The notes beneath the pieces are model-generated. The model was given only the letters and a program-made list of their open reading frames with translations, had not been told where the DNA came from and ran no database searches. A stretch of 64,000 nt of DNA, taken from positions 33,790,001 to 33,854,000 of the forward strand of contig CATNEN010000038.1 of the NCBI GenBank assembly GCA_950097015.1, given 5' to 3'. This document shows positions 36,067-46,962 of this stretch, in pieces. The position numbers were made by a program, and so were the translations under genes. The DNA is from Macrostomum hystrix (lineage: Eukaryota; Animalia; Platyhelminthes). Within the stretch, counting starts at the first letter, position 1. Every line of letters begins with the position of its first letter.

Positions 36067-36678
36067 ATTCTTTAAATAATTTTAGTTAAGCTTGCTACAA
36101 TTAAGTTAAAGTGAGTGAGTTCTTTTTTAAAAGCGAAGGAGAATCACAGACACAATACTTTTACTTAAGAGGAATATGCAATGAAATGCACGTTTAGGTG
36201 TGCATTATAAAATGACTGAGCGAACATGCTTTTCCGTTCAATTCTACCTATACAAAATCAATCAAAAATGTCACATGTTTAAACAAAATACTTTAAACTA
36301 AAGGTAATAAATAATTAAATGAAATATAATACGCTACTGTAGACTGTAATAATTTAAATATAAAAAGCATTGTGTTTAAAAAACAGAAATAAATGTTTAT
36401 GATGTAAATAATGCAAAAATTATCGCTAATCTGAATTTTTACTACTTTTTACTTCTTTCTTACAATTAAAGTTTATTTACATTCGGTAGGTTTCCGTTGA
36501 TTCGTAACAGAAATCACTGCAGTTTAGCATTCGGGTTGTGGACTGAAGCTGAAATTGATGCTGGAGAAAATAATCTGTGCATAATCTACTGAGATGTTAT
36601 AATTTACGAGTAAAAAATACATTCGCTTTGTTTTGAATATTCATTTTGTTTTTTTATTTTGCATACGAATAAAATTTT

Positions 36679-37660
36679 TGTCACGCGGAACTGAACCAAG
36701 GACGACTGAAGTGTTTTCTTAACTTCTTATCTTCTTAAGTAATCCTTGAACTAAACTAGGAACTTGATATATCTTTGGTTTGATGGTCTTCTGTATCTGT
36801 GGTTCGCTCTTTGTTCTAATGTTCTGAGTTAAGTCAATAAGCGGTGAGTTCGACTCAATGTTTGCAGCGGTGTTAAACCTTCTCTAAGGTGTTATATTTC
36901 TAACCTGATGTCTGATGTTATTTAAGCAATCACAATGATAGTAATCAATCGATTTGAGTTCGCGCGGTGGAGCGAGAAAAGGGTGAAGATTAAAGGTTTA
37001 ATAGGCATTGTTGTTAATGTAATAAGATAAGCGTCGTCAGTACGTAAATATTTTAACGATAAGGGGTGTCAGAAAAAGATGCCTAAATTTCTAAGGTCTA
37101 ATATTATGTTTTCGATCTTACTCTAACGCTAAGGAAGGGATTGAGGTGAAAAGAATTCAAACTTGGGTATACAAGGACGCTAAGAAGCAGAGTGAAGATC
37201 GGAAAGATTTTCTAAACTAAATAACCATAATAGAAGTTCATTCGGTTCCGTTTTTTCTTTTCTTCTTTTCAGCTTGGTTATTCCTTGGTAGTAGCCGTAT
37301 AGATATTGCGCGAGCGGAGTTGATAGCGAGGCGCTGGTGTCGGCGTCGATGAGTAAAAGGTCATCGAGTCGGGTTGGTCCTTGGCTGTTGGTAGGTCATC
37401 GGTTTGTTGGCTGATGGTCTTCGTCAGCGGCTGCTGGTGGTCGTGATGTTCTTGGGTCAACGTGTCGGTGAGTTTTGGCAGGAACAGTTCGTCCGGAAGT
37501 TGGTCGTGCGAAGCTGCTTTAGTTTGGAGGCGTGTGTAACGATTGGAGGATCTTTCAACTTATTGATGTCCTGGATCAGGGCGTTCTGTGGTGAGACCCA
37601 TTTGAGTAGTCGGAATAGTCCACGGTAGAGATTGGAGAATATTTGGAAGCTTTTTGTCCA
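36679..37660 (-). mobile_element. Gypsy-like LTR retrotransposon 3' remnant (integrase C-terminus plus probable LTR)
   Basis: Minus-strand peptide LYRGLFRLL...THASKLK...PRYQLRSR resembles the integrase GPY/F tail. Purine tract at 37250-37270 (-). TGTCACG possible LTR end at 36679. Confidence 0.5.
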
Positions 37661-37730
37661 GAGATCTCCAGGTTGTAAACCTGGAGACCCAGGTTGTAAA
37701 CAGCTGGGTGAACTGAAGCAAAGCAGAATT

Positions 37731-38275
37731 ATCAGCTGCTCAACAACTTAAAGATAATGATCAGCTGCTCAAAAACTTCAAGATAATGATCAGCTGCTCA
37801 AAAACTTCAAGATAATGATCAGCTGCTCAAAAACTTCAAGATAATGATCAGCTGCTCAACAACTTAAAGATAATGATCAGCTGCTCAACAACTTAAAGAT
37901 AAAGATCAGCTGTTCAACAACTTTAAGATGAAGATCAGCTGTTCAACAACTTAAAGATAATGATCAGCTGCTCAACAACTTAAAGATAATGATCAGCTGT
38001 TCAACAACTTTAAGATAATGATCAGCTGCTCAACAACTTAAAGATAATGATCAGCTGTTCAACAACTTTAAGATGAAGATCAGCTGTTCAACAACTTAAA
38101 GATAATGATCAGCTGCTCAAAAACTTCAAGATAATGATAAGCTGCTCAACAACTTAAAGATAATGATCAGCTGTTCAACAACTTTAAGATGAAGATCAGC
38201 TGTTCAACAACTTAAAGATGATGATCAGCTGCTCAACAACTTGAAGACAATGATCATCTGCTCAAGAACTTAAGA
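37731..38275. repeat. 29-bp minisatellite, ~19 copies
   Basis: Unit ATCAGCTGCTCAACAACTTAAAGATAATG. Confidence 0.95.
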
Positions 38276-38807
38276 GTTATAAATAAAAGTAAAAAAGCGA
38301 GGGACAACAGGAATTAAATATAGCTCGTAATATATGTTTAGTACATAATATAGTACATCGTCGTGATAATTATTAAATTATCAGTTGTTGCTTCAGGGCA
38401 GCTGTTCTATTATTTTAGATATTTCTATGATGTACTTTGCTAGTGTTTCCCTGTCGTCTTGTGCCTTTTTTTTCTGCTGTTAGGAGTTTTCTCTGAAATT
38501 TTCTTTTTAAAATTTCGAAAGTGCGGTCTCAAACCTATTGTTGTGCCTGTGTTTCTCAGGTCGGCTGCTCGCCAAGGCCTTTGTGTTTGAGGCCGGTTCG
38601 TTTGGCTCGGCCTTGGCCTCGCCCTTTCTCTCCCTCCTCCCCCGACCCTGCTTCAGGGTGCCCTGTGCCGCCATCTGATTGGCTGGGCGCGGGCATTGTC
38701 GGTCAACTCTTACCCAGCCATGCATTGCTTTGCCCCTCCGGCCAATCAGCTCTGCGTAGCTTTGCCCGTCCACCCGTGCAATATCTGCCCGTGCCGGGGC
38801 ACCCGCT

Positions 38808-39225
38808 GGGGATTATCATCAATGGGGAGTCATCATTAACTGGGGATCATTGTCAACTGCGTGATCATCATCAATTGGGGGGATTATTGTCAACTCGGGG
38901 ATCATTGTCAACTGTGGGAACATTGTCAACTGGGGATCATCATCAATGGGGAGTCATCATTAACTGGGGGATCATTGTCAACTGCGTGATCATCATCAAT
39001 TGAGGGATTATTGTCAACTGGGGGATCATAATCAACTGCGTGATCATCATCAATTGGGGGATTATTGTCAACGGGGGGATCATTGTCAACTGGGGGATCA
39101 TTGTCAACTGGGGGATCATTGTCAACTGGGGGATCTTTATCAACTGGGGGATCATTGTCAACTGGGGGATCATTGTCAACTGGGGGATCTTTATCAACCG
39201 GGGGATCATTGTTAACTGATCATTG
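38808..39225. repeat. 18-bp minisatellite, ~23 copies
   Basis: Unit GGGGATCATTGTCAACTG. Confidence 0.95.
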
Positions 39226-39289
39226 TAGCGTAAAAAGGCTGAAAATACAGCTGCTTAAAAGTGTATACTGGACGAATTAAAAATATTTC

Positions 39290-39319
39290 TGCTCCCCGAA
39301 GGGGGGCAAAACTTGCTAG
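39290..39319 (+). mobile_element. Helitron 3' terminus
   Basis: GC hairpin TGCTCCCC-GAA-GGGGGGCA, then AAACTTG-CTAG followed by T. Confidence 0.6.
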
Positions 39320-41477
39320 TTAAGATTCTATCGGTAAAGACGGTCTCTTACTGCGAAGTCTCAAGTTATTTCATACAAATAAACGGAATCGAAGTCTCCT
39401 GTCATCCTGCGTTCCGACCGGTAAGCGCTGCATTCGTGTCTTTCCTTTCGGAGTGCCAGGCCTGTACGGTGTACTGTATCTTACTTATTACTGTACTGTG
39501 TGATTGTGTGATTATTATGGTGATTATTCGTATTATACTTAATAGTACTGTAGGCCAGGGATCCCAAACCAACCACAGTCACTGCACTATTCCAACTGCA
39601 CTTAAATAAAAATGGAGCTAGTTTTCCACTTCAATCTTGCACTTGCTACACATAATACATTCTCATAAGGAATTTTTGGTCTGGGAGCTTATGGTTTGAG
39701 CTTATGAGTACGTCTCAACTCTGGTTTACATATTTCTTGTAAGTAATATTGCTTAAAATAATATATAATAGAATTGTGACTCTGCTTGCTTGAGTTCTGT
39801 GTCCTTTGTCTCTAATGGGTATGGAACTAAAAGAAACGAATTTTTTCCTGTGGTAATTTCTAATTGCCTCTGCAGTTCAGCATAACTTCATTGTACTTTT
39901 TTCTTGACTCCAACATCCCTGTATGATATGATATGCTTCGGTTCTGGATGTTGTAGCTATACATACACATGTGTACTGGCTAAAAAACTGATTGTCTTCC
40001 AAAGATTATAAATACCCAAGATACGTCACTCAATGCAAAAATCAGGTTTTCGCTCTCATCACACACTTTATGCCATAGACATTGATAGCGCTATGCACCA
40101 TTTCATGAATGAACGCTGCTATTTTTTATTATCACATAGATCAAGCCTACTAGCAACGCTCCTTATTGTCACACGCAGACATTGATGTTATGACCATAGA
40201 CTATACGATCTGCTCATTCGTTTTTCAGAGTATTGGCGTAAAAGTACGCAAAAGTACTAATACAAAAGTACGCAAACCGATTAATGTACTCAAAAAGCTT
40301 CTTGAGGTTAGCCACCTCGATTGGCTCGAATCGCTTCACACTTCTGCCTGAAGCTTGTCACGGACTTTCATGCGAAGCATGCGATTCGCGCTGCCAAATT
40401 CAGGCGCGTCGATGATGTTGACCTCTCGCTTCACCATGTAGCGAAAAAATCGCTGGATCCTGGCCCTAGCGTCCTATAGCGTCCAGTGGGTAACCAAGAG
40501 AGTTAAGGTAGTCCAAAAATTTCTGTCCATGTTAGTATCATTTTAAGCCTCATCCTGCGATGCTGTCGTCATTCTTGCTAAAGTCGGTGATGAACTGGAT
40601 AAAGCGCTCTAGTTCTTTATCCTTACTATGGTCTTCACGACTCAATTCGCTTATCACTTCCAGTTGCGTTGTTGACGCACCATCAAGGGAGTCAACAGGC
40701 AAATGACTCCAGTTTATCATCTTTGTAATCTCAAATATATAATCAGTAGCGAAGGCACAGACTAGTTAGTCTCTTTCTAGCTTCTTTCTAGGCTTATGAA
40801 GGGGAACAACTATACAACGTTGTCTATGGTAAAAAGTAGACATGCATTGCCACATATGTGGCAATGCACAATTGATATAGTAATAAACGGCTATGAGTGC
40901 TGCAATGTTTTTAACCGAGGGCGCGTAGCGCCCGAGGTTTAAAACTTTGCAGTACGAATAGCCGTTTATCACTGGCATTGTATACTTTTGGACCACAGAC
41001 AGATGGGGCGTGCAACAATCAGTCTCACGGAGCGGATATTATAGCCAGCGGTCTCGCGGGGCGTGCAGCAATCGATTATTTTGTCGATTGGTGCACGCCC
41101 GAAATGTCTATGGTCCAAAAGTAGACCGCCTGACTTAGGGCAGCAAGAGAACTCAGTTTGGGGAAGGCTGTAAGACAGCGAGACGAGCTGGCGGGGTTCG
41201 GGACATAGACAGTAAAGGCGTGCAACAATCAGGCTTCATTGGTGGCTGGGAAAAACCCCTCCAAAAGTGTACAATGTCACACACATTATGAGTGGGCTTG
41301 ATCAATAGGACAATAATATTGTCTATATGGTTTCATCATAGACTTCATAAAATTTATGAATTGAACTTCATAAATTTAAGTGAATTTATATCAAATTACG
41401 CATGTCATAATACTTTTCTTAACTTTTCTCCTTGGTGTGTTGTGCATTAAAAGAAAAGAAAAATTCTGGAGACGACT

Positions 41478-42180
41478 TCTTCTTCTTCTTCTCCATTCAG
41501 ACCACGCCCAGGTCAGAACAGCGGTTCTGATAGGGGCGGGGGCGGCAAGCGCCACGGCTCGTTGCGGCGGTTGCAGGCCGAGCGGCCTGAGCGGCAGCCT
41601 GCACACCACTCAGTTGCCCTGCCGTCCGGCCACCGAAGGCGGCACCGTGGGCGGGTTTGCTGGCGCCTGTGCACGGCTTCTGGGGCAATGCTGCTTGGCT
41701 GGTCTGACGGTAGTGATTGGTCCGGTGTAGTAGGTGTCTGGGGCAGGTCCGGCTTGGGTAGTCCATCGCAACGTGCGGCGACGCAGTAACCTTCCGATGG
41801 GTGGTAGGTTTGCCCCGGCTTGAGCTTGGTTTCCTGCAGGAGAGCCGCTGCTGGTTTGTGGCGGTGGAGCCACGCGGCCAACTCCGTGGAGCGGGCTTTG
41901 ATGCCGTTGCAGTTGAACTGCAGAACACGAAGTAGATGGCCGGGCTCCTCCCCGTCACTGGGTCGCTGGCGGCAGTGGGAGCGGCGGCGGCTGGCTTGGG
42001 GCGCCTCGCCACCGCGGAGGCGCCGCACGAGGTGTAGTTCGTCCCCCTCGGCAGGTGATGGTAATGGAAGTGTCCGGTGGTTGTTGCGGAGGCTTGTCTG
42101 GGTGGTAGAGCAATTTGTCACCTGGAGCTCAGGTGTTCAGGTGTTCAGGGACCCGGCGTGAACGGTGCTCCTTTGTCCCC
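41478..42180 (-). mobile_element. 703-bp internally deleted non-LTR retrotransposon (Ingi/I-group-like): 5' end + APE N-terminus joined to the 3' end
   Basis: 12-bp TSD CTGGAGACGACT (41466-41477 / 42181-42192) and (GAA)n 3' tail. APE motif LRVLQFNCNGI...ALLQETKL. Confidence 0.85.
42124..42180 (-). ncRNA. Candidate HDV-like self-cleaving ribozyme at the 5' end of the non-LTR element
   Basis: P1 GGGGAC/GUCCCU with a G1-U wobble, P2 GGAGC/GCUCC, P3 CCG/CGG, L3 UUCACGC, P1.1 UC/GA, J4/2 CUGA. Starts at the first base inside the TSD. Confidence 0.65.
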
Positions 42181-42553
42181 CTGGAGACGACTGCTGCTGC
42201 TGCTGATGATGCGAATTTGGCGATTTGAAGCTGGCCGAATGTTTGTCTATGGCATAAAGTGTGTGATGAGAGCGAAAACCAGATTTTTGCATTGAGTGAC
42301 GTATCTTGGGTAATTGTAATCTTTGTTGTCTTCTCATCTTTAGCTAAATAAATATTCTTAGTTATAAATAGAAATACATAGACAAGTGAATTTAGGAAGT
42401 GCAATTTAAAATGTTTAAGTTTTAGTCTATGTGCTAGAGTATTCTACATTTAACAACTGATGGCTGGGCCTAGCTCTCGTATGGGCTGAATACAAATTTA
42501 TTAGCTATTATTTAATTATCGGTCAAGCAGTTGCAGCAAACAATTTGCAACCA

Positions 42554-43679
42554 ATGGCACAAAGTTGCGGAGACAAGCAGACAATAGGCAACCAAAAAAG
42601 CCTCTTAGATTTGACTGACAGAATCAACTCCGCCGTGCTCATTGTTCCCCGCAGCATCTCTCTCGAGTTGTTCAGACAGGACGGCACTGTGGCTGATAAG
42701 CGCCTAAAAACTATTCAGACGCGATGCTCGTGCACGTTTCACCTGGCTCACCCGCGTCAAGACCAGGTAATTAGAGTGAAACCTTGTGCTTTTTGATTGA
42801 TTGCACATGCGCCTACATAGGCCAGATGTGCAGCCGACAGCACAGCCGCAGCTATTGCGCGGCGCATCTGAAAGCTGCGTACGGCCTGTTCAGTCCATGG
42901 ACTGGGGGACGCCACACCCACCCTCGATTACCTCATCAGATGCTGGTACCCATTTAACAGCTGGGTAAACTGAAGCAATGCAGAGTTAAGTGTCTTGCTA
43001 AAGGACACAAGTTGTTCCAGTGGTGTTTAGAATCGAACCCTTGACCTTCAAGTCGTGAGTCCGACGCTCTAACCTCTACAGAAGTTGTGGCCTTGTGCTT
43101 TTAATGAGACTTTATAGTTCCTAGTAATGTGCATGTTGTACAGCAGTATGCCTGTACATTTTGGTAAAGACGATATTATACGCTTTTAGGACATAACTAT
43201 GTGCTTCATTTCGTGGAAGTCGCTATGCATCCCATGTTAGCTTTAGGTTTCATAATTTTCTGAGCAAAATTTGCCCAGTTTCGAGCAGGTACTATGCAGG
43301 CTTTCAACAGCAAAATCCTCTCACTCTATTTTTAACGCAGAACGGCAAGCTGATCCCTAAAAACAAGTGTTGCGAACACATCATAATCAAGTACCTATAC
43401 CCAACTAAGAACCACGATGTGACCATTCGTCTATTCAACGACCTGGCACAGCAGTGCAACAGCTCGCCATCGGTGAGGCCTTTCATCAAGGTGGGCCGTC
43501 TGGAGCGAACTCCGCTAGTGGATTTGCTGCGCAAAGCTGCAATAGTCAGAAAAAGTAAAATCAGGCCTTCACTAGTATCTGGCTTTAGGGACGATCTAGT
43601 TGAGTTTCGTAAAAAGTTTTGCCACGATGATACCCAAAAGAGAACTGCGTTTCCTTTTAATAGTTTTTTTACTGGTTGA
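42554..43679 (+). CDS. Putative two-exon orphan protein (~183 aa); exons 42554-42766 and 43341-43679
   Basis: ATG, CAG|GTAATT donor and pyrimidine-rich CGCAG acceptor, phase 0/0, open through to TGA. The intron contains a SINE. Confidence 0.45.
42794..43090 (-). mobile_element. tRNA-derived SINE copy 1
   Basis: A box (GGTTAGAGC) and B box (GGTTCGATTC) on the minus strand. Central CAAGACACTTAAC...CCCAGCTG..AATGGGTACC block typical of conserved-core invertebrate SINEs. (CAAT)n tail; TSD CCTTGTGCTTTT. Confidence 0.85.
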
Positions 43680-45114
43680 AAATCGAATCGGCATATCTTT
43701 AGCACAATCTGGAACTACTCCATTGCTTCTCCAGAAATTAATTTAAAAAAGAATATAATTTATTGAACCTCACTCCCGAGGTTCTGAATAAAAAGTCACG
43801 TGAGGCGCGAAAGTTGGTCCTCGATTTTTTTCTGGTAGTGGCCCCAGGCCGATCAAGCATTCTAAAATGATTTTTTCGATGTTGACGTGCCTTCTAAATA
43901 CAGCTTTAAACCAAGGACTACTAGAAGAAGAATGACGGGACAGTTCGTTTCTTGGAAAATTTATTAAATGCAGATTTTCAAGGAAATAATGCACTTAAAA
44001 GATACGAATTTTTCACGTTTTTCATATTAAAATGTTTATATTTTTTATTGGCAGATCCAATTTGCTGTTCTTTCAATCCTTCCAAACATGTTGTTTAAAG
44101 AATATTAGAAGCATAATTATTCATAAATTGTTCAGACTTGATCCTAATTTTATTTTCTTCAATTTATCATGAACCAGAATAGCAACCAAATAAGACATGA
44201 AAATAATTATAGAAAATTATTGTTATACGCTTAAATAATTTATTAGAAAGTGACAAGTGACTTCATGATAAATAGACGAAAATGAAATGAAGATCTATTT
44301 TTTATGAATGCAGCTGTTCTAATATTCGCTGAAGCGAAGGATTTGCTTCCAGTAATAAGTTATCAACATTTTAATGTGAAAGTCGTGAAAAGGTCGTATC
44401 TCCCTAGTGCGATTTTCCGTGAAAATCTGTCATTTTATACATTTTCCAAGAAACAAAGTGTCCCATCTTTTAGTGGTCATTGATTTAAACTTGCTGTTCG
44501 CTTCATGATATTTTACAATAAGTTAATCGCAATATTTCTTTCCTTCGATAACTTATATTCTATAGTATTATATTTAATTACCACATTCAGTTACGATATG
44601 AACCAAGCGGAAAATCAACGACATTAATTAACAGAACTGAGAAATGGACAGCAGCATCAGCTGGGGGTAGAAATTCGGTTGGAGTGCGGCAAACTCCACC
44701 AGTCCATGGACTGGACAACTGCGACTGTGCCATATTGGCTGTGCATAAGAGAGCCAATTAAGTGCGTAATTTTTCATCTTGTCTGGAAAAAAATTCATGC
44801 AAAAGCTCGCGGTACAGTAAATACGCTCGTAAGTTCCAAGCGATTGTGGGCACAAGAAACTATTTTTATTGGACTAGCAATTGCAATTGCATTCCAAGAT
44901 CATAGCTTGCAAATATGTTCGTATAAAATACATGTATAAACATGCGGCAATCAGACATTTAACATATTAATTAAGCCACAAACGAGAAGTGAGCAACAAG
45001 AACACTTAATTGCAAAAGCAACATTAACAACGTCTTGAACCGTGAGTCATTAGTAAAGCAAACATTGTAATTTTTTTAATTGAAAACCTGAATCGCGAAG
45101 CTTTAAGTAATCGA

Positions 45115-46962
45115 CTAAAGCATGCCCCCCTCATTGACTGTCACAATAGCCGTCGTTGCCGTTGCTGCAGACTTTCGTCTAGCGCTAGCCAGCAGATCAG
45201 CAAAAAGTTCAAAGAATTCAAACGTACTAATAAGAGAGACTCCAAGCCACAGACCCAGAATGCCTCCAATGTCTGAGAACAGGTTTCCAGCCGGATAGGC
45301 CCAGGCCTCTGCAACCCGGCTGCCCATTGTCGAGTGGCTGTAGACTGTCAGGCGAGCAAAGCTGCCACCAACAGAGCCACTGTTGCCAGTGGTACTCATC
45401 AGACGACGCTCGATAGTTTTCAGAACCCGCGTATCGAGTCTGTCCTCCTCGGCAAAGCGAATGGACGCTCGAACGCGGTCCAGAAGGGCCAGGCCAGCCT
45501 CGCCAGGGTGTCCCGGCCATCTGTTCTGCGTCAGGCGCAGGTCGTACTGCTGCCCATCGCATGGCACGGGACATGAGTCCAGATCGCCAGCTGTTCTCCG
45601 GTGGATGAGCTCTAATTCGCTGTCGTGACAGTTGCGACGTAATCGAAGCTCCTCTTCGGCGACTAACGACATACCATCTGTGGCGTCGACAACATCAGCT
45701 GCAGAGACGCGGTGGCAGAAGCGAGTCCGAAACTGTGGTCCATAGTCAGCTGGTACTGGCAGGAGCTCAGAAAGGCAGTGGCAGGTGCTGTTTAGGTAGG
45801 CTTGGCAATGTCGCATGGCGCAGTCCGACACACTATACCGATACCGCAGCAGTCGGCCGGTGTGCATGTCTAGAAACTCGGAGATCGGGAGCTGGCCAGG
45901 GCGAGCACACTTTCGCGATCCCTTGCTGAGCACAGTGAGGCTGGTGTAGGCGAGCTGTACGTGTGTACTGCTGCCATTCTGAATAAAAAATCCATCAGCT
46001 GTGTCTGGCCTAGTTTCCGGCGGATGTACAATGACGCGATAGCCTGTGGAGAATGATAGCGACTCCTCTTCGGTAATGAAGTTCTTATCGTCGCCTGTGT
46101 ATAGTATGATCGATAGACCGCCGTCCTTTTCGCCGCCGACTATCAGGTTGCGACTTGATGGCGCGAAGGTGAAGCAGCTAAAGTACTCTGGGTCAGCCAG
46201 TTGCAGAAAGTCCCGGTAGGAACAACTGGCACCAGCGTACTGGCAGTGAATGATCGCGTCCTGTTGCTGCTTCGTGACGTTCAGCTCGTGTAGGAAACTC
46301 TTCAAAGAGTTTCGCAGATCGGCATTGACACTGTCATCGCTATTGTTGGTGGCCCCCCAAAAACGACTGACATCGGCAATGAGCGCTCGAAGGGTCATAT
46401 TAACCGACATTACTAGCGGATTCTGACGATAGCGGAGACTGCTCATATGGCCAGTGGAGCACACGGTGACATCCGGAAACACGAACGGTGTGCTATAGAC
46501 TCGAGTCTCTGTGTTAACCGGCGACTGAAGAAAGCGGCTGACCAGTAAGCTGAGGTGAATGGTGAAGCCGGTTACAGCTGCAAAAATGATCAGCAGCCAG
46601 ACGGCTCGGTGCAGCTGGCTAGACGACTCGAACAGCTTGTGAAATCCGTGCGCGCTGGTTGAATCGCAGAAGCGCTTCAGTCGTGTCGCGTAGCGACCTT
46701 CGGACTCGCCAGGCGCAATGCGTTCAACAATGGCGCGGAGTGAGCGAATCGATTTGCTGTTGCTAACGCTGCTGGCAAGTCCTGGCGACTGCACGCAGTC
46801 CATGCTGGCGCTGGCGCGGAGTCTGGCTGCTGCCTGTTGCTGCTTCTGCTGCCGCAGCGTCGAATTCTGACGCCGAATGTTCTGATGATGATGTGGCGAG
46901 TTGTCGCCAAATTGCGACTCAGGAGTTAGCATCGGAGCTGCTTGCACCGGACTGGGAAGCAT
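45115..46962 (-). CDS. DEG/ENaC (amiloride-sensitive sodium channel family), single exon, 615 aa
   Basis: FCDSTSAHGF (HG gating motif), TM1, FPDVTVC, GYRVIVHPP, Cys-rich thumb, and DIGGILGLWLGVSLIS (TM2, GxS filter). Confidence 0.93.
   Translation of the reverse strand: MLPSPVQAAPMLTPESQFGDNSPHHHQNIRRQNSTLRQQKQQQAAARLRASASMDCVQSPGLASSVSNSKSIRSLRAIVERIAPGESEGRYATRLKRFCDSTSAHGFHKLFESSSQLHRAVWLLIIFAAVTGFTIHLSLLVSRFLQSPVNTETRVYSTPFVFPDVTVCSTGHMSSLRYRQNPLVMSVNMTLRALIADVSRFWGATNNSDDSVNADLRNSLKSFLHELNVTKQQQDAIIHCQYAGASCSYRDFLQLADPEYFSCFTFAPSSRNLIVGGEKDGGLSIILYTGDDKNFITEEESLSFSTGYRVIVHPPETRPDTADGFFIQNGSSTHVQLAYTSLTVLSKGSRKCARPGQLPISEFLDMHTGRLLRYRYSVSDCAMRHCQAYLNSTCHCLSELLPVPADYGPQFRTRFCHRVSAADVVDATDGMSLVAEEELRLRRNCHDSELELIHRRTAGDLDSCPVPCDGQQYDLRLTQNRWPGHPGEAGLALLDRVRASIRFAEEDRLDTRVLKTIERRLMSTTGNSGSVGGSFARLTVYSHSTMGSRVAEAWAYPAGNLFSDIGGILGLWLGVSLISTFEFFELFADLLASARRKSAATATTAIVTVNEGGML

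Larger units (their letters stand above)
40000..42325. mobile_element. Non-autonomous P-element-like DNA transposon
   Basis: ~82-bp TIR starting CAAAG / ending CTTTG, with 8-bp TSD TTGTCTTC (39992-39999 / 42326-42333). Decayed minus-strand coding remnant at ~40340-40740. Confidence 0.8.

Noticed and set aside
41945-41975. 2A peptide (SDGEEPGH) before APE
   Set aside because: Does not match D(V/I)ExNPGP.
42925-42945. Hammerhead ribozyme (CUGAUGA on the minus strand)
   Set aside because: No stem II followed by GAAA, and the motif is absent in the second SINE copy.
43020-43085. tRNA gene
   Set aside because: The A/B boxes belong to a SINE head with body, tail and TSD; no complete cloverleaf.
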